Positions 38,601 through 52,731 of a DNA stretch of 64,000 bases are shown here, piece by piece. The translations under genes and the position numbers were made by a program. Location: the NCBI GenBank assembly GCA_964016885.1, contig OZ024744.1:6882001-6946000 (forward strand). Direction: 5' to 3'. Under the pieces are notes generated by a model. The model did not search any database, was not told the origin of the DNA, and was given only the letters and a program-made list of their open reading frames with translations. Position 1 is the first letter of the stretch, and every line of letters begins with the position of its first letter. The stretch is from Eledone cirrhosa. Its lineage: Eukaryota.

Positions 38601-41600
38601 GTGGTGCAGTACCGGTTATGTCTACTGCAGTATTGCACTGATGTATGTGTGGTGCAGTAACGGTTATTTCTACAGCAGTATTGCACTGATGTAGGTGTGG
38701 TGCAGTAACGGTTATGTCTACTTGAAGTATTGCACTGATGTAGGTGTGGTGCAGTAACAGTTATGTCTACTGCAGTATTGCACTGATGTAGGTGTGGTGG
38801 AATAACGGTTGTCTACTGCAGTATTGCATTGATGTAGGCGTGGTGCAGTAACGGTTATGTCTACTGCAGTATTGCACTGATTAGGTGTGGTGCAGTAACG
38901 GTTATTGCTACTGCAGTATTGCACTGATGTAGGTGTGGTGCATTAACGCTTATGTCTACTGCAGTATTGCACTGAGGTAGGTGTGGTGCAGTAACCGTTA
39001 TGTCTACTGCAGTATTGCACTGAGGTAATTGTGGTGCAGTACCGGTTATGTCTACTGTAGTATTGCACTGATGTAGGTGTGGTGCAGAAACGGTTATGTC
39101 TACTGCAGTATTGTACTGATGTAGGTGTGGTGCAGTAACGATTATGTCTACTGCAGTATTGCACTGAGGTAGGCGTGGTGCAGTACCGGTTATGTATACT
39201 GCAGTATCGCACTAATGTAGGTGTGGTGCAGTAACGGTTATTTCTACTGCAGTATTGCACTAAGTTATGTGTGGTGCAGTATCGGTTATGTCTACAGCAG
39301 TATTGCATTGAGGTAGGTGAGGTGCAGTAATGGTTATATCTACAGCAGTATTGCACTGAGGTAGGTATGGTGCAGTAACGGTTATGTATACTCCAGTATT
39401 GCACTGATGTAGGTGTGGTGCAGTAACGGGTATGTCTACTGCAGTATTGCACTGATGTAGGTGTGGTGCAGTAACAGTTATTTCTACTGCAGTATTGCAC
39501 TGATGTATGTGTGGTGCAGTAACGGTTATGTCTACTGCAGTATTGCACTGATGTACGTGTGGTGCAGTAACGGTTATGTCTACTGCAGTATTGCACTAAG
39601 GAAGGTGTGGTGCAGTAACGGTTATGTCTACTGCAGTATTGCACTGAGGTAGGTGTCGTGCAGTAACGGTTATGTCTACTGCAGTATTGCACTGAGATAG
39701 GTGTGGTGCAGTAACGGTTATGTCTACTGCAGTATTGCACTGATGTAGGTGTGATGCAGTAACGGTTATGTCTCCTGCACTATTGCACTGAGGTAGGTGT
39801 GGTGCAGTAACGGTTATGTCTAATGCAGTATTGCACTGAGGTAGGTGTGGTGCAGTAACGGTTATTTCTACTGCAGTATTGCACTGAGGTAGGTGTGGTG
39901 CAGTAACGGTTATGCCTACTACAATATTGCACTGATGTAGGTGTGGTGCAGTAACGGGTATGTCTCTGCAGTATTACACTGATGTAAGTGTGGTGCAGTA
40001 ACGGTTATGTCTACTGCAGTATTGAACTGATGAAGGTGTGGTCTAGTAAGGGTTATGTCTACTGCAGTATTGCACTGATGTAGGTGTGGTGCAGTAACGG
40101 TCATGTCTACAGCAGTATTGCACTGATGTAGGTGTGGTGCAGTAACGGTTATTTCTACTGCAGTATTGCACTGAGGTAAGTGTGGTGCATTAACGGTTAT
40201 GTCTACTGCAGTATTGCACTGAGCTAGGTGTGGTGCAGTAACGGTTATGTCTACTGCAGTATTGCACTGATGAAGGTGTGGTGCAGTAAAGGTTATTTCT
40301 ACTGCTGTATTGCACTGAGATAGGTGTGGTGCAGTAACATTTATGTCTACTGCAGTATTGCACTGAGGTAGGTGTGGTGCAGTAACGGTTATGTCTACTG
40401 CAGTATTGCACTGATGTAGGCGTGGTGCAGTAACGATTATGTCTACTGCAGTATTGCACTGAGGCAGGTGTGGTGCAGTAATGGTTATGTCTACTGCAGT
40501 ATTGCACTGAGGTAGGTGTGGTGCAGTAACGGTTATGTCTACTGCAGTATTGCACTGAGGTAGGTGTGGTGCAGTAACGGTTATTTCTACTGCAGTATTG
40601 CACTGATGTAGGTGTGGTGCAGTAACGGCTATGTCTACTTGAAGTATTGCACTGAAGTAGGTGTGGTGCAGTAACAGTTATGTCTACTGCAGTATTGCAC
40701 TGATGTAGGTGTGGTGGAATAACGGTTATGTCTACTGCAGTATTGCACTGAGTTAGGTGTGGTGCAGTAGCGGTATGTCTACTGCAGTATTGCACTGATG
40801 TAGGTGTGGTGCATTAACGCTTATGTCTACTGCAGTATTGCATTGATGTAGGTGTGGTGCAGTAACGGTTATGTCTACTGCAGTATTGCACTGATATAGG
40901 CGTGGTGCAGTAACGGTTATGTCTACTGCAGTATTGCACTGATGTAGGCGTGGTGCAGTAACGTTTATGTCTACTGCAGTATTGCACTGATTAGGTGTGG
41001 TGCAGTAACGGTTATTGCTACTGCAGTATTGCACTGATGCAGGTGTGGTGCATTAACGCTTATGTCTACTGCAGTATTGCACTGAGGTAGATGTGGTGCA
41101 GTAACCGTTATGTCTACTGCAGTATTGCACTGAGGTAGGTGTGGTGCAGTAACGGTTATGTCTACCGCAGTATTTCACTATTGTAGGTGTGGTGCAGTAA
41201 CGTTTATGTCTACTGCAATATTGCACTGATATAGGTGTGGTGCAGTAACGGTTATGTCTACTGCAGTATTGCACTGATGTAGGTGTGGTGCAGTAACGGT
41301 TATGTCTACTGCAATATTGCACTGATGTAGGTGTGGTGCAGTAACTGTTATGTCTACTGCAGTATTGCACTGATGTAGGTGTGGTGCAGTAACGGTTATG
41401 TCTTCTGAATTATTGCACTGATGTAGGTGTGGTGCAGTAACGGTTATGTCTACTGCAGTATTGCACTGAGCTAGGTGTGGTGCAGTAACGGTTATGTCTA
41501 CTGCAGTATTGCACTGATGAAGGTGTGGTGCAGTAAAGATTATTTCTACTGCTGTATTGCACTGAGATAGGTGTGGTGCAGTAACGGTTATGTCTACTGC

Positions 41601-44300
41601 AGTATTGCACTGAGGTAGGTGTGGTGCAGTAACGGTAATGTCTACTGCAGTATTGCACTGAGGTAGGTGTGGTGCAGTACCGGTTATGTCTACTGCAGTA
41701 TTGCACTGATGTAGGTGTGGTGCACTAACGGTTATTTCTACTGCAGTATTCCACTGACGTAGGTGTGGTGCAGTAACGGTTATGTCTACTTGAAGTATTG
41801 CACTGATGTAGGTGTGGGGGAATAACGGTTATGTCTACTGCAGTATTGCACTGAGTTAGGTGTGGTGCAGCAGCGGTATGTCTACTGCAGTATTGCACTG
41901 ATGTAGGTGTGGTGCATTAACGCTTTTGTCTACTGCAGTATTGCATTGATGTAGGCGTGGTGCAGTAACGGTTATGTCTACTGCAGTATTGCACTGATAT
42001 AGGCGTGGTGCAGTAACGGGTATGTCTACTGCAGTATTGCACTGATGTAGTCGTGGTGCAGTAACGGTTATGTCTACTGCAGTATTGCACTGATTAGGTG
42101 TGGTGCAGTAACGGTTATTGCTACTGCAGTATTGCACTGATGTAGGTGTGGTGCATTAACGCTTATGTCTACTGCAGTATTGCACTGAGGTAGGTGTGGT
42201 GCAGTAACCGTTATGTCTACTGCAGTATTGCACTGAGGTAGGTGTGGTGCAGTAACGGTTATGTCTACCGCAGTATTGCACTATTGTAGGTGTGGTGCAG
42301 TAACGTTTATGTCTACTGCAATATTGCACTGATATAGGTGTGGTGCAGTATCGGTTATGTCTACTGCAGTATTGCACTGAGATAGGTGTGGTGCAGTAAC
42401 CGTTATGTTTACTGCAGTATTGCACTGACGTAGGTGTGGTGCAGTAACAGTTATGTCTACTGCAGTATTGCACTGAGGTAGGTGTGGTGCAGTAACGGTT
42501 ATGTCTACTGCAGTATTGAACTGAGGTAGGTGTGGTGCAGTAACGGTTATTTCTACTGCAGTATTGCACTATTGTAGGTGTAGTGCAGTAACGGTTATGT
42601 CTACTGCAGTATTGCACTGATGTAGGTGTGGTGCAGTAACGGTTATGTCTACTGCAATATTGCACTGATGTAGGTGTGGTGCAGTAACGGTTATGTCTAC
42701 TGCAGTATTGCACTGATGTAGGTGTGGTGCAGTAACGGTTATGTCTTCTGAAGTATTGCACTGATGTAGGTGTGGTGCTGTAACGGTTATGTCTACTGCA
42801 GTATTGCACTGAGGTAGGTGTGGTGCTGTAACGGGTATGTCTACTGCAGTATTGCACTGAGGTAATTGTGGTGCAGTACCGGTTATGTCTACTGTAGTAT
42901 TGCACTGATGTAGGTGTGGTGCAGTAACGGTTATGACTACTGCAGTATTGCACTGAGGTAGGTTTGGTGCAGTAACGGTTATGTCTACTGCAGTATTGCA
43001 CTGATGTAGGTGTGGTGCAGTAACGGTTATTTCTACTGCAGTATTGCACTAAGTTATGTGTGGTGCAGTATCGGTTATGTCTACAGCAGTATTGCATTGA
43101 GGTAGGTGAGGTGCAGTAATGGTTATGTCTACAGCAGTATTGCACTGATGTAGGTGTGGTGCAGTAACGGGTATGTCTACTGCAGTATTGCACTGATGTA
43201 GGTGTGGTGCAGTAACGGTAATGTCTACTGCAGTATTGCACTGAGGTAGGTGTGGTGCAGTACCGGTTATGTCTACTGCAGTATTGCACTGATGTAGGTG
43301 TGGTGCAGTAACGGTTATGTCTACTTGAAGTATTGCACTGATGTTGGTGTGGTGCAGTAACAGTTATGTCTACTGCAGTATTGCACTGATGTAGGTGTGG
43401 TGGAATAACGGTTGTCTACTGCAGTATTGCACTGATTTAGGTGTGGTGCAGTAGCGGTATGTCTACTGCAGTATTGCACTGATGTAGGTGTGGTGCATTA
43501 ACGCTTATGTCTACTGCAGTATTGCATTGATGTAGGCGTGGTGCAGTAACGGTTATGTCTACTGCAGTATTGCACTGATATAGGCGTGGTGCAGTAACGG
43601 TTATGTCTACTGCAGTATTGCACTGATGTAGGCGTGGTGCAGTAACGGTTATGTCTACTGCAGTATTGCACTGATTAGGTGTGGTGCAGTAACGGTTATT
43701 GCTACTGCAGTATTGCACTGATGTAGGTGTGGTGCATTAACGCTTATGTCTACTGCAGTATTGCACTGAGGTAGGTGTGGTGCAGTAACCGTTATGTCTA
43801 CTGCAGTATTGCACTGAGGTAGGTGTGGTGCAGTAACGGTTATGTCTACCGCAGTATTGCACTATTGTAGGTGTGGTGCAGTAACGTTTATGTCTACTGC
43901 AATATTGCACTGATATAGGTGTGGTGCAGTAACGGTTATGTCTACTGCAGTATTGCACTGAGATAGGTGTGGTGCAGTAACCGTTATGTTTACTGCAGTA
44001 TTGCACTGATGTAGGTGTGGTGCAGTAACAGTTATGTCTACTGCAGTATTGCACTGAGGTAGGTGTGGTGCAGTAACGGTTATGTCTACTGCAGTATTGA
44101 ACTGAGGTAGGTGTGGTGCAGTAACGGTTATTTCTACTGCAGTATTGCACTATTGTAGGTGTAGTGCAGTAACGGTTATGTCTACTGCAGTATTGCACTG
44201 ATGTAGGTGTGGTGCAGTAACGGTTATGTCTACTGCAATATTGCACTGATGTAGGTGTGGTGCAGTAACGGTTATGTCTACTGCAGTATTGCACTGAGGT
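32650..44300. repeat. Tandem duplication with about 6.0-6.4 kb offset
   Basis: ORF offsets are 6,376 (33085/39461), 6,280 (33639/39919, 34473/40753, 34773/41053), 6,088 (35768/41856, 36068/42156) and 5,992 (37445/43437), stepping by multiples of 48. Shared private variants include ATCGCACTAATG, GATGCAGG, TAAAGATT, TTCCACTGACG, GGGGAATA and TAACGCTTTT. Confidence 0.85.
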
Positions 44301-47300
44301 AGGTGTGGTGCTGTAACGGGTATGTCTACTGCAGTATTGCACTGAGGTAATTGTGGTGCAGTACCGGTTATGTCTACTGTAGTATTGCACTGATGTAGGT
44401 GTGGTGCAGTAACGGTTATGTCTACTGCAGTATTGCACTGAGGTAGGTTTGGTGCAGTAACGGTTATGTCTACTGCAGTATTGTACTGATGTAGGTGTGG
44501 TGCAGTAACGATTATGTCTACTGCAGTATTGCACTGAGGTAGGCGTGGTGCAGTACCGGTTATGTCTACTGCAGTATTGCACTGATGTAGGTGTGGTGCA
44601 GTAACGGTTATTTCTACTGCAGTATTGCATTGAGGTAGGTGAGGTGCAGTAATGGTTATGTCTACAGCAGTATTGCACTGAGGTAGGTGAGGTGCAGTAA
44701 TGGTTATGTCTACAGCAGTCTTGCACTGAGGTAGGTGTGGTGCAGTAACGGTTATGTATACTCCAGTATTGCACTGATGTAGGTGTGGTGCAGTAACGGG
44801 TATGTCTACTGCAGTATTGCACTGATGTAGGTGTGGTGCAGTAACAGTTATTTCTACTGCAGTATTGCACTGATGTATGTGTGGTGCAGTAACGGTTATG
44901 TCTACTGCAGTATTGCACTGATGTACGTGTGGTGCAGTAACGGTTATGTCTACTGCAGTATTGCACTGATTAGGTGTGGTGCAGTAACGGTTATGTCTAC
45001 TGCAGTATTGCACTGAGGTAGGTGTCGTGCAGTAACGGTTATGTCTACTGCAGTATTGCACTGAGATAGGTGTGGTGCAGTAACGGTTATGTCTACTGCA
45101 GTATTGCACTGATGTAGGTGTGGTGCAGTAACGGTTATGTCTCCTGCACTATTGCACTGAGGTAGGTGTGGTGCAGTAACGGTTATGTCTAATGCAGTAT
45201 TGCACTGAGGTAGGTGTGGTGCAGTAACGGATATGTCTACTGCAGTATTGCACTGAGGTAGGTGTGGTGCAGTAACGCTTATGCCTACTACAATATTGCA
45301 CTGATGTAGGTGTGGTGCAGTAACGGGTATGTCTCTGCAGTATTACACTGATGTAAGTGTGGTGCAGTAACGGTTATGTCTACTGCAGTATTGAACTGAT
45401 GAAGGTGTGGTCTAGTAAGTGTTATGTCTACTGCAGTATTGCACTGATGTAGGTGTGGTGGAATAACGGTTGTCTACTGCAGTATTGCACTGAGTTAGGT
45501 GTGGTGCAGTAGCGGTATGTCTACTGCAGTATTGCACTGATGTAGGTGTGGTGCATTAACGCTTATGTCTACTGCAGTATTGCATTGATGTAGGCGTGGT
45601 GCAGTAACGGTTATGTCTACTGCAGTATTGCACTGATATAGGCGTGGTGCAGTAACGGTTATGTCTACTGCAGTATTGCACTGATGTAGGCGTGGTGCAG
45701 TAACGGTTATGTCTACTGCAGTATTGCACTGATTAAGTGTGGTGCAGTAACGGTTATTGCTACTGCAGTATTGCACTGAGATAGGTGTGGTGCATTAACG
45801 CTTATGTCTACTGCAGTATTGCACTGAGGTAGGTGTGGTGCAGTAACCGTTATGTCTACTGCAGTATTGCACTGAGGTAGGTGTGGTGCAGTAACGGTTA
45901 TGTCTACCGCAGTATTGCACTATTGTAGGTGTGGTGCAGTAACGTTTATGTCTACTGCAATATTGCACTGATATAGGTGTGGTGCAGTAACGGTTATGTC
46001 TACTGCAGTATTGCACTGATGTAGGTGTGTTGCAGTAACGGTTATGTCTACTGCAATATAGCACTGATGTAGGTGTGGTGCAGTAACGGTTATGTCTACT
46101 GCAGTATTGCACTGATGTAGGTGTGGTGCAGTAACGGTTATGTCTTCTGAAGTATTGCACTGATGTAGGTGTGGTGCTGTAACGGTTATGTCTACTGCAG
46201 TATTGCACTGAGGTAGGTGTGGTGCTGTAACGGGTATGTCTACTGCAGTATTGCACTGAGGTAATTGTGGTGCAGTACCGGTTATGTCTACTGTAGTATT
46301 GCACTGATGTAGGTGTGGTGCAGTAACGGTTATGTCTACTGCAGTATTGCACTGTGGTAGGTTTGGTGCAGTAACGGTTATGTCTACTGCAGTATTGTAC
46401 TGATGTAGGTGTGGTGCAGTAACGATTATGTCTACTTCAGTATTGCACTGAGGTAGGCGTGGTGCAGTACCGGTTATGTCTACTGCAGTATTGCACTGAT
46501 GTAGGTGTGGTGCAGTAACGGTTATTTCTACTGCAGTATTGCACTAAGTTATGTGTGGTGCAGTATCGGTTATGTCTACAGCAGTATTGCATTGAGGTAG
46601 GTGAGGTGCAGTAATGGTTATGTCTACAGCAGTATTGCACTGAGGTAGGTGTGGTGCAGTAACGGTTATGTATACTCCAGTATTGCACTGATGTAGGTGT
46701 GGTGCAGTAACGGGTATGTCTACTGCAGTATTGCACTGATGTAGGTGTGGTGCAGTAACAGTTATTTCTACTGCAGTATTGCACTGATGTATGTGTGGTG
46801 CAGTAACGGTTATGGCTACTGCAGTATTGCACTGATGTACGTGTGGTGCAGTAACGGTTATGTCTACTGCAGTATTGCACTGATGTAGGTGTGGTGCAGT
46901 AACGGTTATGTCTCCTGCACTATTGCACTGAGGTAGGTGTGGTGCAGTAACGGTTATGTCTAATGCAGTATTGCACTGAGGTAGGTGTGGTGCAGTAACG
47001 GATATGTCTACTGCAGTATTGCACTGAGGTAGGTGTGGTGCAGTAACGGTTATGCCTACTACAATATTGCACTGATGTAGGTGTGGTGCAGTAACGGGTA
47101 TGTCTCTGCAGTATTACACTGATGTAAGTGTGGTGCAGTAACGGTTATGTCTACTGCAGTATTGAACTGATGAAGGTGTGGTCTAGTAAGTGTTATGTCT
47201 ACTGCAGTATTGCACTGATGTAGGTGTGGTGCAGTAACGGTCATGTCTACAGCAGTATTGCACTGATGTAGGTGTGGTGCAGTAACGGTTATTTCTACTG

Positions 47301-50300
47301 CAGTATTGCACTGAGGTAAGTGTGGTGCAGTAACGGTTATGTCTACTGCAGTATTGCACTGAGCTAGGTGTGGTGCAGTAACGGTTATGTCTACTGCAGT
47401 ATTGCACTGATGAAGGTGTGGTGCAGTAAAGGTTATTTCTACTGCTGTATTGCACTGAGATAGGTGTGGTGCAGTAACAATTATGTCTACTGCAGTATTG
47501 CACTGAGTTAGGTGTGGTGCAGTAACGGTTATGTCTACTGCAGTATTGCACTGATGTAGGCGTGGTGCAGTAACGATTATGTCTACTGCAGTATTGCACT
47601 GAGGCAGGTGTGGTGCAGTAACGGTTATGTCTACTGCAGTATTGCACTGAGGTAGGTGTGGTGCAGCAACGGTTATGTCTACTGCAGTATTGCACTGAGG
47701 TAGGTGTGGTGCAGTACCGGTTATGTCTACTGCAGTATTGCACTGATGTAGGTGTGGTGCAGTAACGGTTATTTCTACTGCAGTATTGCACTGATGTAGG
47801 TGTGGTGCAGTAACGGTTATGTCTACTTGAAGTATTGCACTGATGTAGGTGTGGTGCAGTAACAGTTATGTCTACTGCAGTATTGCACTGATGTAGGTGT
47901 GGTGGAATAACGGTTATGTCTACTGCAGTATTCCACTGAGTTAGGTGTGGTGCAGTAGCGGTATGTGTACTGCAGTATTGCACTGATGTAGGTGTGGTGC
48001 ATTAACGCTTATGTCTACTGCAGTATTGAATTGATTTAGGCGTGGTGCAGTAACGGTTATGTCTACTGCAGTATTGCACTGATATAGGCGTGGTGCAGTA
48101 ACGGTTATGTCTACTGCAGTATTGCACTGATGTAGGCGTGGTGCAGTAACGGTTATGTCTACTGCAGTATTGCACTGATTAGGTGTGGTGCAGTAACGGT
48201 TATTGCTACTGCAGTATTGCACTGATGTAGGTGTGGTGCATTAACGCTTATGTCTACTGCAGTATTGCACTGAGGTAGGTGTGGTGCAGTAACCGTTATG
48301 TCTACTGCAGTATTGCACTGAGGTAGGTGTGGTGCAGTAACGGTTATGTCTATCGCAGTATTGCACTATTGTAGGTGTGGTGCAGTAACGGTTATGTCTT
48401 CTGAAGTATTGCACTGATGTAGGTGTGGTGCTGTAACGGTTATGTCTACTGCAGTATTGCACTGAGGTAGGTGTGGTGCTGTAACGGGTATGTCTACTGC
48501 AGTATTGCACTGAGGTAATTGTGGTGCAGTACCGGTTATGTCTACTGTAGTATTGCACTGATGTAGGTGTGGTGCAGTAACGGTTATTTCTACTGCAGTA
48601 TTGCACTAAGTTATGTGTGGTGCAGTATCGGTTATCTCTACAGCACTATTGCATTGAGGTAGGTGAGGTGCAGTAATGGTTATGTCTTCTGAAGTATTGC
48701 ACTGATGTAGGTGTGGTGCAGTAACGGTTATGTCTACTGCAGTATTGTACTGATGTAGGTGTGGTGCAGTAACGATTATGTCTACTGCAGTATTGCACTG
48801 AGGTAGGCGTGGTGCAGTACCGGTTATGTCTACTGCAGTATTGCACTGATGTAGGTGTGGTGCAGTAACGGTTATTTCTACTGCAGTATTGCACTAAGTT
48901 ATGTGTGGTGCAGTATCGGTTATCTCTACAGCACTATTGCATTGAGGTAGGTGAGGTGCAGTAATGGTTATGTCTACAGCAGTATTGCACTGAGGTAGGT
49001 GTGGTGCAGTAACGGTTATGTATACTCCAGTATTGCACTGATGTAGGTGTGGTGCAGTAACGGTTATGTCTACTGCAGTATTGCACTGATGTAGGTGTGG
49101 TGCAGTAACAGTTATTTCTACTGCAGTATTGCACTGATGTATGTGTGGTGCAGTAACGGTTATGTCTACTGCAGTATTGCACTGATGTACGTGTGGTGCA
49201 GTAACGGTTATGTCTACTGCAGTATTGCACTAAGGAAGGTGTGGTGCAGTAACGGTTATGTCTACTGCAGTATTGCACTGAGGTAGGTGTCGTGCAGTAA
49301 CGGTTATGTCTACTGCAGTATTGCACTGAGATAGGTGTGGTGCAGTAACGGTTATGTCTACTGCAGTATTGCACTGATGTAGATGTGGTGCAGTAACGGT
49401 TATGTCTCCTGCACTATTGCACTGAGGTAGGTGTGGTGCAGTAACGGTTATGTCTAATGCAGTATTGCACTGAGGTAGGTGTGGTGCAGTAACGGATATG
49501 TCTACTGCAGTATTGCACTGACGTACGTGTGGTGCAGTAACGGTTATGTCTACTGCAATATTGCACTGATATAGGTGTAGTGCAGTAACGGTTATTTCTA
49601 CTGCAGTATTGCACTGAGGTAGGTGTGGTGCAGTAACGGTTATGCCTACTACAATATTGCACTGATGTAGGTGTGGTGCAGTAACGGGTATGTCTCTGCA
49701 GTATTACACTGATGTAAGTGTGGTGCAGTAACGGTTATGTCTACTGCAGTATTGAACTGATGAAGGTGTGGTCTAGTAAGGGTTATGTCTACTGCAGTAT
49801 TGCACTGATGTAGGTGTGGTGCAGTAACGGTCATGTCTACAGCAGTATTGCACTGATGTAGGTGTGGTGCAGTAACGGTTATTTCTACTGCAGTATTGCA
49901 CTGAGGTAAGTGTGGTGCAGTAACGGTTATGTCTACTGCAGTATTGCACTGAGCTAGGTGTGGTGCAGTAACGGTTATGTCTACTGCAGTATTGCACTGA
50001 TGAAGGTGTGGTGCAGTAAAGGTTATTTCTACTGCTGTATTGCACTGAGATAGGTGTGGTGCAGTAACATTTATGTCTACTGCAGTATTGCACTGAGGTA
50101 GGTGTGGTGCAGTAACGGTTATGTCTACTGCAGTATTGCACTGATGTAGGCGTGGTGCAGTAACGATTATGTCTACTGTAGTATTGCACTGATGTAGGTG
50201 TGGTGCACTAACGGTTATGACTACTGCAGTATTGCACTGAGGTAGGTTTGGTGCAGTAACGGTTATGTCTACTGCAGTATTGCACTGATGTAGGTGTGGT

Positions 50301-52731
50301 GCAGTAACGGTTATTTCTACTGCAGTATTGCACTAAGTTATGTGTGGTGCAGTATCGGTTATGTCTACAGCAGTATTGCATTGAGGTAGGTGAGGTGCAG
50401 TAATGGTTATGTCTACAGCAGTATTGCACTGATGTAGGTGTGGTGCAGTAACGGGTATGTCTACTGCAGTATTGCACTGATGTAGGTGTGGTGCAGTAAC
50501 GGTAATGTCTACTGCAGTATTGCACTGAGGTAGGTGTGGTGCAGTACCGGTTATGTCTACTGCAGTATTGCACTGATGTAGGTGTGGTGCAGTAACGGTT
50601 ATGTCTACTTGAAGTATTGCACTGATGTTGGTGTGGTGCAGTAACAGTTATGTCTACTGCAGTATTGCACTGATGTAGGTGTGGTGGAATAACGGTTGTC
50701 TACTGCAGTATTGCACTGATTTAGGTGTGGTGCAGTAGCGGTATGTCTACTGCAGTATTGCACTGATGTATGTGTGGTGCATTAACGCTTATGTCTACTG
50801 CAGTATTGCATTGATGTAGGCGTGGTGCAGTAACGGTTATGTCTACTGCAGTATTGCACTGATATAGGCGTGGTGCAGTAACGGTTATGTCTACTGCAGT
50901 ATTGCACTGATGTAGGCGTGGTGCAGTAACGGTTATGTCTACTGCAGTATTGCACTGATTAGGTGTGGTGCAGTAACGGTTATTGCTACTGCAGTATTGC
51001 ACTGATGTAGGTGTGGTGCATTAACGCTTATGTCTACTGCAGTATTGCACTGAGGTAGGTGTGGTGCAGTAACCGTTATGTCTACTGCAGTATTGCACTG
51101 AGGTAGGTGTGGTGCAGTAACGGTTATGTCTACCGCAGTATTGCACTATTGTAGGTGTGGTGCAGTAACGTTTATGTCTACTGCAATATTGCACTGATAT
51201 AGGTGTGGTGCAGTAACGGTTATGTCTACTGCAGTATTGCACTGAGATAGGTGTGGTGCAGTAACCGTTATGTTTACTGCAGTATTGCACTGATGTAGGT
51301 GTGGTGCAGTAACTGTTATGTCTTCTGAAGTATTGCACTGATGTAGGTGTGGTGCTGTAACGGTTATGTCTACTGCAGTATTGCACTGAGGTAGGTGTGT
51401 TGCTGTAACGGGTATGTCTACTGCAGTATTGCACTGAGGTAATTGTGGTGCAGTACCGGTTATGTCTACTGTAGTATTGCACTGATGTAGGTGTGGTGCA
51501 GTAACGGTTATGACTACTGCAGTATTGCACTGAGGTAGGTTTGGTGCAGTAACGGTTATGTCTACTGCAGTATTGTACTGATGTAGGTGTGGTGCAGTAA
51601 CGATTATGTCTACTGCAGTATTGCACTGAGGTAGGCGTGGTGCAGTACCGGTTATGTCTACTGCAGTATTGCACTGATGTAGGTGTGGTGCAGTAACGGT
51701 TATTTCTACTGCAGTATTGCACTAAGTTATGTGTGGTGCAGTATCGGTTATGTCTACAGCAGTATTGCATTGAGGTAGGTGAGGTGCAGTAATGGTTATG
51801 TCTACAGCAGTATTGCACTGATGTAGGTGTGGTGCAGTAACGGGTATGTCTACTGCAGTATTGCACTGATGTAGGTGTGGTGCAGTAACGGTAATGTCTA
51901 CTGCAGTATTGCACTGAGGTAGGTGTGGTGCAGTACCGGTTATGTCTACTGCAGTATTGCACTGATGTATGTGTGGTGCAGTAACGGTTATTTCTACAGT
52001 AGTATTGCACTGATGTAGGTGTGGTGCAGTAACGGTTATGTCTACTTGAAGTATTGCACTGATGTAGGTGTGGTGCAGTAACAGTTATGTCTACTGCAGT
52101 ATTGCACTGATGTAGGTGTGGTGGAATAACGGTTGTCTACTGAAGTATTGCACTGATTTAGGTGTGGTGCAGTAGCGGTATGTCTACTGCAGTATTGCAC
52201 TGATGTAGGTGTGGTGCATTAACGCTTATGTCTACTGCAGTATTGCATTGATGTAGGCGTGGTGCAGTAACGGTTATGTCTACTGCAGTATTGCACTGAT
52301 TAGGTGTGGTGCAGTAACGGTTATTGCTACTGCAGTATTGCACTGATGTAGGTGTGGTGCATTAACGCTTATGTCTACTGCAGTATTGCACTGAGGTAGG
52401 TGTGGTGCAGTAACCGTTATGTCTACTGCAGTATTGCACTGAGGTAGGTGTGGTGCAGTAACGGTTATGTCTACCGCAGTATTGCACTATTGTAGGTGTG
52501 GTGCAGTAACGTTTATGTCTACTGCAATATTGCACTGATATAGGTGTGGTGCAGTAACGGTTATGTCTACTGCAGTATTGCACTGAGATAGGTGTGGTGC
52601 AGTAACCGTTATGTTTACTGCAGTATTGCACTGATGTAGGTGTGGTGCAGTAACAGTTATGTCTACTGCAGTATTGCACTGAGGTAGGTGTGGTGCAGTA
52701 ACGGTTATGTCTACTGCAGTATTGAACTGAG
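36918..52731. repeat. 15,814-bp tandem duplication, first copy (about 330 monomers)
   Basis: Every ORF from 37445 to 47983 recurs with identical translation at +15,814. The last upstream mismatch is 36917 T versus 52731 G. Only 36918-48186 can be compared inside the window. Confidence 0.9.
48540..48980. repeat. Small duplication with 288-bp (6-monomer) offset
   Basis: The private variant TATCTCTACAGCACTA occurs at about 48633 and 48921 only. ORF ends 48646/48934 are offset by 288. Confidence 0.75.
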
